Virus record (IMG/VR): IMGVR_UViG_3300044580_000348
Location: 1-36,767 of that record
Source: a virus
Lineage: Duplodnaviria; Caudoviricetes
DNA length: 36,767 bases
Strand: one strand, 5' to 3'
In this document: positions 15,155-23,694 of the stretch, one piece after another
Layout of the letters: the number at the start of each line of letters is the position of its first letter
How positions within the stretch are numbered: the stretch's first letter is position 1
The notes under the pieces: model-generated
What the model was told of the DNA's origin: nothing
The model's input: only the letters and a program-made list of their open reading frames with translations
Database searches by the model: none
Position numbers and translations under genes: made by a program

Positions 15155-17235
15155 GGCTGGTTGTTTTTCGATGCAAAACTTTCGATCTCGGAGCGGTCGC
15201 CATCGGGGGCATCCTTGTAGTAGCCGGTTTCTTTCGTGTTCACAAACTCGGCGCTTTTGCCCGGGTTGTTGCGGAACTGGGGAGGTGTGTCGGGCCACTC
15301 GAAGCCTGCCGGGATGGGTGTTACTTTGCGCGCAGTTTGCCGAACACCGCACAGGCAATTCCAATCGCTCGGCGGCATGATTATATTCCACACAGGGTCA
15401 TCCAGAGCAAACACCAGGTGCCAGAGCACGCGGTGCGAGTCGCGCGGGTCGGCTGCACGGCTGGGCATGTACTCGAGGTTGGGGTAGATGTGCCTGGTGC
15501 GCTCATATTTTTTCCAGTTCACGGCCATGCGTGCACCGCGTACGGCGGTTGTGTACTCGGTTTGCAGCCAGTTGGTATTGTAGCCTTCGGAGAGCTTCAG
15601 CGCTTCGGTTTTGAACTCCTCAAAGGAGCGGATGGAGCCGTCGTCTTTGTGCAGCAGGCTTACCATGTCGGCGGTTTGCCGGTGGTTTTTGAAAGCAGCG
15701 AAAACGGCTGTGTTCGAGCTGAACTGCTCCGTGAAGTCAGCATTCTGCCGGTTCCAGGCAGCACCGGCTTGCTTGAAGGTTCCGAGCACAGCCGCCTGGA
15801 GGACCCGGTTTGTGAGATCGAACAGGTGCGGTTCAATACCGGCAATATTCCCGATCCGGCCTTTCGAGTCGAATATCGAGGTTATTGCCTTGTTTACGAG
15901 CTTGTCGATGTCGATTATTTTCGTAACATCATTCGAAGAAAGGCCGATTGTCCCGCGCTGCGGGACGCCTGCGAAAAAACGGAGCGCCCTTTCCATCCAG
16001 GAGTCGGTATTCTTCACCGATTTCCCTGGTTTCTTCCCACCAGGAGGCGTTTCTTCCTCTTCTTCAGTACCCATTTCTCCGGGGGCCGGTACGGGCGAAA
16101 GATCGAAGCTTTGCCTGCGGGCAATTGCTTCGCCTGCTTCGGGCATGGGTATGCTGTACTTGTCGTGCAGGAACTTGGCGGGAATTTCGAGGATATCGCT
16201 GAGCTGCACAATGTCGGCAACGGTGAGCTCCTCGGGCGACTCGGGGAACACGAACTTTCCGCCCTTCACCGGGAAGCCGCGCTTTTCGAGCAGCGGCAGC
16301 ACTGTGAAGTTGAGCACCCGCTGAACGAAGCGCAGGTCGGAGCGGTGCTTTGCCCCTTCAACATCCTGGTGAACTTCGCCGAGCGAGCGGGCGCCGGTTT
16401 CGTTCTGCATTGTGGTAAGCGTTTGCCCGAGGATGGTGATCAGGATTTCCTCGTTACAGGCACGGCGGAAGTCGTTGTAAGCAGCCCCGTCGCCGGTAGA
16501 GCCGGCATTGGTGGTTTCGACCTCGGTTTCCTTCGGGATCACAATCCAAGGAGCCGATCCGGCGTTCTCCATCGCCTCTTCGAGCAGGCGGCGGTTGTCG
16601 ACATCGAAGGCGCTGTACTTGCCTACCCGCTGCGGCATACCGAAAAGCTCGAGCCACTGCGCATAGTCGCCGAAGCCCCCGCGCTTGTATATCGTGTAGG
16701 GAGCGGCTTTCAGGAGGTATCCGAACTTGCGCGGTGCACCGATTATGAGGAGATGGTCATCGCCATCGTATGGGATTCCCGATTCATCGGAGTCGTTGAT
16801 CAGAATGGTGTGGTTCTCGACCTTGATGTGCTTTGCCGGGAATGGGGTGAACGTGAAACCAGGCAACCCGGAAGGCATAACTGCCGTAAAGTCGAACTCA
16901 CCCCCTGCGCGCCCCCACATGAGCGACTGCATGATTGTTTTCAACAGATCCTCGAATGCCGAGGTGTCGATGAGCGCAGTGATATCGTCGACATCTTTTC
17001 CGGCTGCATCCTGGAACGTGAGGGCCGAGTTCGTGATAGCGTCGATGCGCTTGTCGACTGCATCGCTCAGCACCCCGTCGATGAGCAGGTCGTCGAAAAG
17101 GTCGTAAAGTGATTTCACGCGGCCCATGTCGGCGCTGCGCAGGGCAGTGCGCCAGGTGCCCACGTCGCTGGTGTTGCGCGAGGGCGACTTGATGATGATC
17201 TGCCCGATGACCGGATTTTGTGTTTTTTTCGCCAT
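15151..17235 (-). CDS. Portal protein (DUF935/Mu gp29-like) fused to Mu gpF-like minor head domain
   Basis: ELFGMPQRVGKY, ILGQTLTT, SLGEVHQDV (portal); YNTNWLQTEY, RDSH, PPSDWNCLC (gpF); alternative start 17301. Confidence 0.85.
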   Translation of the reverse strand: MAKKTQNPVIGQIIIKSPSRNTSDVGTWRTALRSADMGRVKSLYDLFDDLLIDGVLSDAVDKRIDAITNSALTFQDAAGKDVDDITALIDTSAFEDLLKTIMQSLMWGRAGGEFDFTAVMPSGLPGFTFTPFPAKHIKVENHTILINDSDESGIPYDGDDHLLIIGAPRKFGYLLKAAPYTIYKRGGFGDYAQWLELFGMPQRVGKYSAFDVDNRRLLEEAMENAGSAPWIVIPKETEVETTNAGSTGDGAAYNDFRRACNEEILITILGQTLTTMQNETGARSLGEVHQDVEGAKHRSDLRFVQRVLNFTVLPLLEKRGFPVKGGKFVFPESPEELTVADIVQLSDILEIPAKFLHDKYSIPMPEAGEAIARRQSFDLSPVPAPGEMGTEEEEETPPGGKKPGKSVKNTDSWMERALRFFAGVPQRGTIGLSSNDVTKIIDIDKLVNKAITSIFDSKGRIGNIAGIEPHLFDLTNRVLQAAVLGTFKQAGAAWNRQNADFTEQFSSNTAVFAAFKNHRQTADMVSLLHKDDGSIRSFEEFKTEALKLSEGYNTNWLQTEYTTAVRGARMAVNWKKYERTRHIYPNLEYMPSRAADPRDSHRVLWHLVFALDDPVWNIIMPPSDWNCLCGVRQTARKVTPIPAGFEWPDTPPQFRNNPGKSAEFVNTKETGYYKDAPDGDRSEIESFASKNNQP

Positions 17236-17236
17236 A

Positions 17237-17656
17237 TCAGAAATGATTAGTGCGTTGATCGTTGCTTCCGTACCGGATGATTGCACCCGTTTCTTCGCCA
17301 TCTTCGTCCTCGGCCTTCGGGAGGTCGGCGGCGATATCGCCCTTCTGCACACCCTTCAGCCAGGCAATTGCACGCTCGTAGCGGTCCTGCCGCAGGGCCA
17401 TGTCGGCCCCGGCATTGCACAGCACCACCAGGTGCCAGATGGCAATGTCCTTACAGAAAACAAGGAGCAGCGCATTGCGGTCCGATCCGGCTTCATCAAA
17501 AATTGAATCGGTGTCGTAAGCTCCCAGGTAGCCTTTTGCCTCGCCAATGGCGGCGTCGATGGCGGCTGTGACCAGGTCGTCGTCTTCGCGGGTGATCACA
17601 TCAATGCTTTCTTCGTATAAGTGCGACTCGAGGTCGCTTTTTTCAAGAAATGCCAT
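17237..17656 (-). CDS. Head-tail adaptor (DUF1320/Mu gp36-like)
   Basis: AIGEAKGYL, CKDIAIWHL, RYERAIAWLKGV. Confidence 0.82.
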   Translation of the reverse strand: MAFLEKSDLESHLYEESIDVITREDDDLVTAAIDAAIGEAKGYLGAYDTDSIFDEAGSDRNALLLVFCKDIAIWHLVVLCNAGADMALRQDRYERAIAWLKGVQKGDIAADLPKAEDEDGEETGAIIRYGSNDQRTNHF

Positions 17657-17661
17657 ATCGG

Positions 17662-17925
17662 TTAATTTTTTTGTGTGTCGTAAAATTGCATTGGTATCAG
17701 CTTCGTAACATTCACATTGCGGTTCCATTCGCCGCTGTGCTTTTTCGCTTTCACATCGTAGCGGGTCATGATCTGGTACCGCCCCCGAAGGAAATAAACA
17801 CGGTAGCGCTTGTTCTCCTTCCGGCTCAGTCGGTCGGCCTTTTTCTGTGCCCTCCGCAGCATGTAGGGGCTCCCCCAGAAGCGCACAACCAGCAGTTGAA
17901 TAACGTTCAAAATGCGTTTAAGCAT
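17662..17925 (-). CDS. Small basic hypothetical protein
   Basis: 87 aa ORF within operon. Confidence 0.65.
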   Translation of the reverse strand: MLKRILNVIQLLVVRFWGSPYMLRRAQKKADRLSRKENKRYRVYFLRGRYQIMTRYDVKAKKHSGEWNRNVNVTKLIPMQFYDTQKN

Positions 17926-18230
17926 GATTTTTCGTTTTCGATTTCATATACAATATTGATCGAAGCCATACGGGCAATGGTATGCTCGAGCTTTGCGCCG
18001 GGGCTGTCGCCCCAGCCGGTGAGCATGTACACCGCATCGCAGGCAAGCAGCGCCGGGATGCAGTCGGCCATGTAGTGTTTCCACTCTTTCGCTTCGTGGT
18101 ACGGGCTGATTTCGCACGGGTTCACCGCCTCGAAGCCTATCTTCCTGATTTGCGCTGCTGCCTTGTCGAAGCGGGCTTTCACTGCGTCGTAAGGCAACCC
18201 CGATATTTTCCCTGCGATATATATTTTCAT
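17907..18230 (-). CDS. DUF4406 / nucleoside deoxyribosyltransferase-like protein
   Basis: KIYIAGKISG, AVNP, CDAVYMLTGWGDSPGAKLE. Confidence 0.82.
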   Translation of the reverse strand: MKIYIAGKISGLPYDAVKARFDKAAAQIRKIGFEAVNPCEISPYHEAKEWKHYMADCIPALLACDAVYMLTGWGDSPGAKLEHTIARMASINIVYEIENEKSCLNAF

Positions 18231-19762
18231 CAGAAGCGCTTTTTGTTGGGTGATTTCTTCCCTATTGCATACGAGCCGGCAGCCAGTGCCGACAGTTTCT
18301 GGTTGATGATCCACACAGCGCCTTCCACGGCATCGGGGCCGTCGGCAGGTGCCGGCAGCTTGGGGGTGACAAGCAGGAACTGCTCTTCGAGCCGCTTCAT
18401 GTGCGGGTTGCCCTGCTCGGCCTCGTTCAGCACCAGCTTGCCCATCCGGTTCAGCGGTTCCAGATTTCCCTCGATGCGGCTGAACTTGTCTGGTTTCGAC
18501 CGTGTGTCGGGGATGATCCCCACTACGGTGCCCATCTCCTTCGCTTTTTTTGCGAACAGCGGAATGAATACCTGCTCGTAGAACGGGTCCTGGAGCTTGT
18601 TGTTTTCGATGTAGTTGTACAACTGCGTTTTCTCGTTCACGTACTGGCCGATGTAGTAGTACCAGTTCACGAACTCGTCGTTCACCACATGATCGAGAAA
18701 GCCGGTGACGACATAGAAAATGCCGTCGCGGAAACCAACCAGGAAGCCCGATTTGTACGATCCTTTCCCGTTCGCTGAGTTGCTCGGGGCCGGGTCGCCG
18801 TAATACACCAGGAATGGGAACGATTTCAGAGCAGGAACCTTTCCCCAGGTCATTTCAGTGAAAACATCGCCTACCGACACCGGGTTGTTGAAATATTCCT
18901 TTTGCGCGCTGGCGGTGCTGATGATCGAAAGTATCTTGTCGATATCGGCTTCGCTGTTTTTTTCAGGCCAGCTGGAGCGCCCTTCGGCATCGCGGATATT
19001 GACAATGTCGGTATGGTCGGCCATGTCGATGGCGCGGGTAATACAGCAGTCGCGGGCAATGATGTTGCCGTTGAATAGGATGCGGTAGTTGCCCGATACC
19101 GACACGGTGGGGATGAGTGCCTGCTCGATCCATTCCCATTTTTTTTGAATGCGGTCGGGGTTGCGGGTTTCCTCGTCGGTATCAATGTCATCGACAAGGA
19201 TGAAATCAGGCCGGATGGCTTCGTTGCGCGACCCACGGGGCGACTGCCCTGCACCCAGTGCGCGGAAGGCGACCCCTCCGTTGGTGACGAATTCGCCGAT
19301 TTCCCAGCTCCCCACCTTCTGCTGTGTGCTGTAGTCGTTGAGCAAACGCAGGTTGCTTTCAAAGTTGATCATGAAAGGCATGAGCAGCCGCTCGGCGTTA
19401 TCCTGGCTGTTGCTGATCAGGAGTACATTTTTCACATCGCCGGTCATAGCCAGGTAGGTCACCTCCATCATCGAGCGCACCGACTTGGCGAGCTCGCGGC
19501 TCCAGGCGCGCACCTCGTACCAGCGCCGGTTCTGTAGCAGCCGGCGGGTTGCCCGGGTGTGGAACTTTGCCGGACGGCTGGTGTAGTAGTGCGGGAAATA
19601 GTAGGCGAACCACTCTTCAGGGTTCCGCTCGAGCCTGGCAATGCGGCTGATGCGCTCGGCATAGCTCTCGGTGGTGTCGACAACCGTGGCTTTCAGCAGT
19701 GAGTCGCGGTATGCCCCCCAGTCGATGACGGCCTGGCGCTCGTCGGTTTTCAGCCGTTTCAT
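18230..19762 (-). CDS. Terminase large subunit
   Basis: WSRELAKS Walker A-like, RPDFILVDDID Walker B, YGDPA nuclease, DGPDAVEGA. Confidence 0.88.
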   Translation of the reverse strand: MKRLKTDERQAVIDWGAYRDSLLKATVVDTTESYAERISRIARLERNPEEWFAYYFPHYYTSRPAKFHTRATRRLLQNRRWYEVRAWSRELAKSVRSMMEVTYLAMTGDVKNVLLISNSQDNAERLLMPFMINFESNLRLLNDYSTQQKVGSWEIGEFVTNGGVAFRALGAGQSPRGSRNEAIRPDFILVDDIDTDEETRNPDRIQKKWEWIEQALIPTVSVSGNYRILFNGNIIARDCCITRAIDMADHTDIVNIRDAEGRSSWPEKNSEADIDKILSIISTASAQKEYFNNPVSVGDVFTEMTWGKVPALKSFPFLVYYGDPAPSNSANGKGSYKSGFLVGFRDGIFYVVTGFLDHVVNDEFVNWYYYIGQYVNEKTQLYNYIENNKLQDPFYEQVFIPLFAKKAKEMGTVVGIIPDTRSKPDKFSRIEGNLEPLNRMGKLVLNEAEQGNPHMKRLEEQFLLVTPKLPAPADGPDAVEGAVWIINQKLSALAAGSYAIGKKSPNKKRF

Positions 19763-20202
19763 CGCAGGTTCTCCTTAATAAAAGCATCGAACCAGGGCAC
19801 GAATTCCTGCGCCTTTAGCAGGTCAGTCTTGCGTATCCAGGTGAGAAACTTCTTAGACACCGAAACAATGTCGGCAATACCGACATCATTTTCCATTTTT
19901 TGTATGGCGGCAGCAAGTTTCCCGATTGTGTCGGCTTCGCTGGGGGTGGCATATTTCTGTCCTTCGCGCTCGGCGATTTCCTTGTTGATCTCGGCAAGCT
20001 GGCGGTACATATTGCGGAGCTGCTCCTCGCGGGTGATGGTAATCGAAACCCGGAGCTGGTCCCACTGCTCGGCCTGTGCCCAGCGGCTCACGGTTTGCTC
20101 CGACACGCCCATCCGGGCGGCGACCTCTTTCTGTGTGAGGGTTTCGTGTATGAACAAGAGTCTCGCGAGTTCACGTATCTGCTCCCGCTCTTTCTTTTTC
20201 AT
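19759..20202 (-). CDS. Terminase small subunit-like HTH protein
   Basis: LTQKEVAARMGVSEQTVSRW HTH directly upstream of terL. Confidence 0.75.
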   Translation of the reverse strand: MKKKEREQIRELARLLFIHETLTQKEVAARMGVSEQTVSRWAQAEQWDQLRVSITITREEQLRNMYRQLAEINKEIAEREGQKYATPSEADTIGKLAAAIQKMENDVGIADIVSVSKKFLTWIRKTDLLKAQEFVPWFDAFIKENLR

Positions 20203-20337
20203 GTTTTTTCACGAAAATAGCTACAAGTAGCTACTTCATATATTATCGTAATTAGTGTTCCCACATTCGTTACAACCCTTACAAAGAAAGTTGATAGCCT
20301 GAAAGATAGCCCTTAAGTTCGCCTGAAAATCGAAAAC

Positions 20338-21315
20338 ATGAAAAGCTTCGTGCTTCATGACGAAACGGTAAACACACACGGGTTCAGGCTGCTGACCTCG
20401 GGGGCCAACCTCACCGAATTCCGGAAGAATCCCGTAATGCTGCTCAATCACAACGACTGGTCGATGCCTATCGGGAGGTGGGACAACATCAGGGTCGAAG
20501 GCACGCAAATACTGGCCGATCCGGTTTTCGACATAAATGACCCCGTCGGCGCACAGGTGAAAAGCAAGGTCGACAACGACTTTGTGCGTGCAGCCTCAAT
20601 AGGCGCCTGGCCCCCTGAGCAGATGGCCGACGATCCGGCCCTGCGCCTCCCCGGGCAAACCGGCCCTACCGTGACGAAGTGGACCATCCGCGAGGCTTCG
20701 ATTGTTACTATTCCCGCAAACCACAACTCAATTGCTTTTTACGACCGCACGACCGGTAACCTGGTCGACAGCGGCGAAATCCTGAAACTGTTCGACAAAA
20801 ATCAAAAAACACAAAAACAAACAGAAATGAAGTCATTGCTGACATTATTGAAGCTGGCCGACACGGCTACCGAGGCCGAGGCCCATGCAGCGATGCAGCT
20901 TGTGCTGAACGACCGCGACCGGCTGAAAGCCGAGAACGTGACGCTTGCAGGCCGCATCGATGAACTGAACACTGCCGACAAGGCACGGAAAACAGCCGAA
21001 GCCATTTCCCTGGTCGACGCTGCTGTGAAAGACGGGCGTATCGACGCTGCTGCGAAAGAGAGCTATCTGACGCTGTTCGACAAGGACTACGAAGCTGCGA
21101 AAACGGCACTCGCTGCCATTCCGAAACGCGCAAGTGTTGCCGGGCAGATGCAATCCCAGCAGGGCCAGGACAACCTCGAGTTTGCCGACCTGCAGAAAGC
21201 AACCTGGGACGAGCTCGACAAGGCCGGGAAACTGGTGTTGCTGCGCGACAAGTACCCCGACCTGTACTCTGAAAAGTTTGAGAAACGCTTCGGAACCAAG
21301 CCGAAAAAAGCCTGA
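20338..21315 (+). CDS. Prohead protease with C-terminal scaffold
   Basis: FRKNPVMLLNH, PIGRW, AASIG, EASIVTIPAN; Ala-rich helical C-terminus. Confidence 0.85.
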   Translation: MKSFVLHDETVNTHGFRLLTSGANLTEFRKNPVMLLNHNDWSMPIGRWDNIRVEGTQILADPVFDINDPVGAQVKSKVDNDFVRAASIGAWPPEQMADDPALRLPGQTGPTVTKWTIREASIVTIPANHNSIAFYDRTTGNLVDSGEILKLFDKNQKTQKQTEMKSLLTLLKLADTATEAEAHAAMQLVLNDRDRLKAENVTLAGRIDELNTADKARKTAEAISLVDAAVKDGRIDAAAKESYLTLFDKDYEAAKTALAAIPKRASVAGQMQSQQGQDNLEFADLQKATWDELDKAGKLVLLRDKYPDLYSEKFEKRFGTKPKKA

Positions 21316-21337
21316 AATAATTGAAAAATAAGGAAAT

Positions 21338-22411
21338 ATGAAAACAAAAGGAATTTTTGCGATTTGTATCCTGCTGCTGAACCTGGTGGTTGGCGGTCTG
21401 GTGGCCGCCGCCTCCGGGTTGAACCCGCTTGCGCTGATAGGCGGAGGGGCTGCGCTCTCGCTGTTTGCGAGTACCCCGAAAGGGGCATTCACGATGGCTA
21501 TTCAGAAGGAAATATGGATGAACTCGATCGTTGAAGGCCTGTTCGCCGACAACCTGTTCATATCGAAAGCATTCAATGCCGACGAGTTTGTGAATGCCGG
21601 CAAAACGGTACACATACCCAATGCCGGGGCGCCGAGCTCGGTGACAAAGAACCGTAACTCATTCCCGGCGAGCGTAACTACAAGAACTGATACCGACCTT
21701 GAATTCTCGCTCGACGAGTTCACCACCGACCCGATCCGCATACCACATGCCGACACGGTTGAGCTGAGCTACAACAAGCGCGAGAGTGTACTCCGTCAGG
21801 ACAAGGCGAAACTGGTCGAAACCGTTTGCAACGACTTTGCATATAAATGGTCGCCGGCATCGACTTACACGATCCGCACCACCGGCGATGCTGTTGCTGC
21901 TCATACCCCGAGTGCAACCGGGTATCGCAAGGCATTCACAAAAAGCGATGTGAAGAACGCGATGGACTATTTCAACAACCAGGACATACCGCAGGAAGGA
22001 CGTTACATGCTTGTCGACGCGGTAATGTACGGCCAGTTGATGGACTCGCTCACCACCCAGGAAGCAATGGCATTTCACAGCCAGGTCGACCTGTCCAACG
22101 GGGTGCTGGGCAAGCTGTATGGATTCAATATCATGATGCGATCGAAAGCATCGCGTTATACCTACCTGCTCGCACCGAAAGAATGGACTACAGCAGGAGC
22201 TGCCACCGACCATGCGGCAGTGCTGTGCTGGCATACCAACAGCATTTGCAGGGCGCTGGGCGAAGTGGTGCCGTTCGAGAGCCTGAACGACCCGACCTAC
22301 TACGGCGACATCTATTCGTTCCTGATCCGTGCCGGCGGAAGAGCCATGCGGGATGGGGTCGAGGGGCTGCTCGCCATTGTGCAGGATACTGAAGAAGAAC
22401 CCGAAAGTTGA
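21338..22411 (+). CDS. Major capsid protein with hydrophobic N-terminal leader
   Basis: Follows protease; GKTVHIP, IPQEGRY, GKLYGFNI HK97-fold-like motifs. Confidence 0.82.
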   Translation: MKTKGIFAICILLLNLVVGGLVAAASGLNPLALIGGGAALSLFASTPKGAFTMAIQKEIWMNSIVEGLFADNLFISKAFNADEFVNAGKTVHIPNAGAPSSVTKNRNSFPASVTTRTDTDLEFSLDEFTTDPIRIPHADTVELSYNKRESVLRQDKAKLVETVCNDFAYKWSPASTYTIRTTGDAVAAHTPSATGYRKAFTKSDVKNAMDYFNNQDIPQEGRYMLVDAVMYGQLMDSLTTQEAMAFHSQVDLSNGVLGKLYGFNIMMRSKASRYTYLLAPKEWTTAGAATDHAAVLCWHTNSICRALGEVVPFESLNDPTYYGDIYSFLIRAGGRAMRDGVEGLLAIVQDTEEEPES

Positions 22412-22485
22412 TTCCCCGATGTGCCGGTTTGGGGCGGGACTTGCGCCCGCCCCTTCTTCCGGAATAACCGAAAAAAAACAGAACA

Positions 22486-23007
22486 ATGAGCGAAATCAGA
22501 AGTATAGGACTTACCTACATCAAGTTAGGTGATATTGCCGAAGACGGGGGAATGGGCACCAGCCTCACCGCACTGGGCGTGACCTACCGCGACAGCGCCG
22601 ACTTCATCCAGGACGATCCGGAGATCAACAATATCTTCTCTGAAGAAAACGACGATCCGGAGGAAACCATCGAAACCGAAGGGGTGAAGCGGGTGAAATG
22701 GTCGATTATGAACTACGACCCCGACACGCTTATCAGGGTGCTGGGAGGGACTTCGACCGGTGTGGCCCCGAACAAAATATGGAGCGCCCCGGCTGCGAAG
22801 GACCCGATCGAGCTCTCGATCGAGATACTGACGAAAAAGAACATCAAGATACAGATACCGCGTGCGCACATTGCAGCGAAGATCAACTGGGCATTCCGCC
22901 GCAACGGGGTGGCCCTGGTCGATATCATCGCCACCGTGCTCACGCCTACGAAATCGGGAACCGCAAAAGTCACTGTACAGAATGTCGAAGACTTACCGGA
23001 AAGTTAA
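22486..23007 (+). CDS. Major tail tube protein
   Basis: Acidic beta-rich 173 aa between capsid and chaperone/tape measure; IQIPRA motif. Confidence 0.72.
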   Translation: MSEIRSIGLTYIKLGDIAEDGGMGTSLTALGVTYRDSADFIQDDPEINNIFSEENDDPEETIETEGVKRVKWSIMNYDPDTLIRVLGGTSTGVAPNKIWSAPAAKDPIELSIEILTKKNIKIQIPRAHIAAKINWAFRRNGVALVDIIATVLTPTKSGTAKVTVQNVEDLPES

Positions 23008-23482
23008 TGCCCCTCCGGGCACTGAACTGAGAGCTGCCGAAACGATACTCGAAAAGGGGATAAGGGTACAATTACCCGCCCCCTTTTTTCTTCCCTGGAA
23101 GCGGCAAATGTCGGCAGTGATACACGAGCCGCCGGGGGGCGCGCTGTTCGAGATTGCAGCCATCAGTCTTGGGTGCGGTCTCAACATCGACGAGGTGCTT
23201 GCAGGCGAGGCGGGCATACACCGGCTGATCGCCACGCACATGAAGCCGATGTACCGCATTCTGGCCGTGATGTTCCTGCGGCGGAAGTGGAAAATACGGT
23301 TCTTTTCTCGCATGGCCGGGCGCTGGCTGATGAACCGCCTGCCGGCGCGCAAGGCTGCCGAGCTGCTGTTTGTCGGCTTTGCCTACGCGGGGTACGAGCA
23401 TTTTTCGACTTCTATCAGATTGATCGTGCAAACGAGGATAACGATGCCACGGAATCTGAGTCCGGACGAAGAGGGGAGTTAG
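22982..23482 (+). CDS. Tail assembly chaperone (gpG-like)
   Basis: Between tail tube and tape measure; start uncertain. Confidence 0.65.
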   Translation: MSKTYRKVNAPPGTELRAAETILEKGIRVQLPAPFFLPWKRQMSAVIHEPPGGALFEIAAISLGCGLNIDEVLAGEAGIHRLIATHMKPMYRILAVMFLRRKWKIRFFSRMAGRWLMNRLPARKAAELLFVGFAYAGYEHFSTSIRLIVQTRITMPRNLSPDEEGS

Positions 23483-23694
23483 CAGGCCGTCACACCGGCC
23501 TCCATAGCCCCTGGGGAACTATATGGAGCATAGCGCAGGCAACAGGATGGAGTATGAACTATATACTGTGGAAAGTGAGTTGGATAAACCTGAAAATGAT
23601 GATTGCCGATGCACCCCGGTACGAAAGCGGGACACACACAAAACGGGGGAAACCCCTTGAAACCGAAGATGAAATAGCTGAATTTCTGGCATAA
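23473..23694 (+). CDS. Tail assembly chaperone frameshift extension (gpT-like, -1 frame)
   Basis: Open -1 frame GLHSPWGTIWSIAQATGW...MIADAP ending at TMP start (TAATG). Confidence 0.6.
   Translation, partial: GELAGRHTGLHSPWGTIWSIAQATGWSMNYILWKVSWINLKMMIADAPRYESGTHTKRGKPLETEDEIAEFLA

Noticed and set aside
15094-17112. 672-aa plus-strand ORF (also 29583-31367, 31713-33176, 8953-10125 and similar antisense ORFs)
   Set aside because: Shadow ORFs opposite well-supported genes, expected from GC-rich third positions; no recognisable motifs
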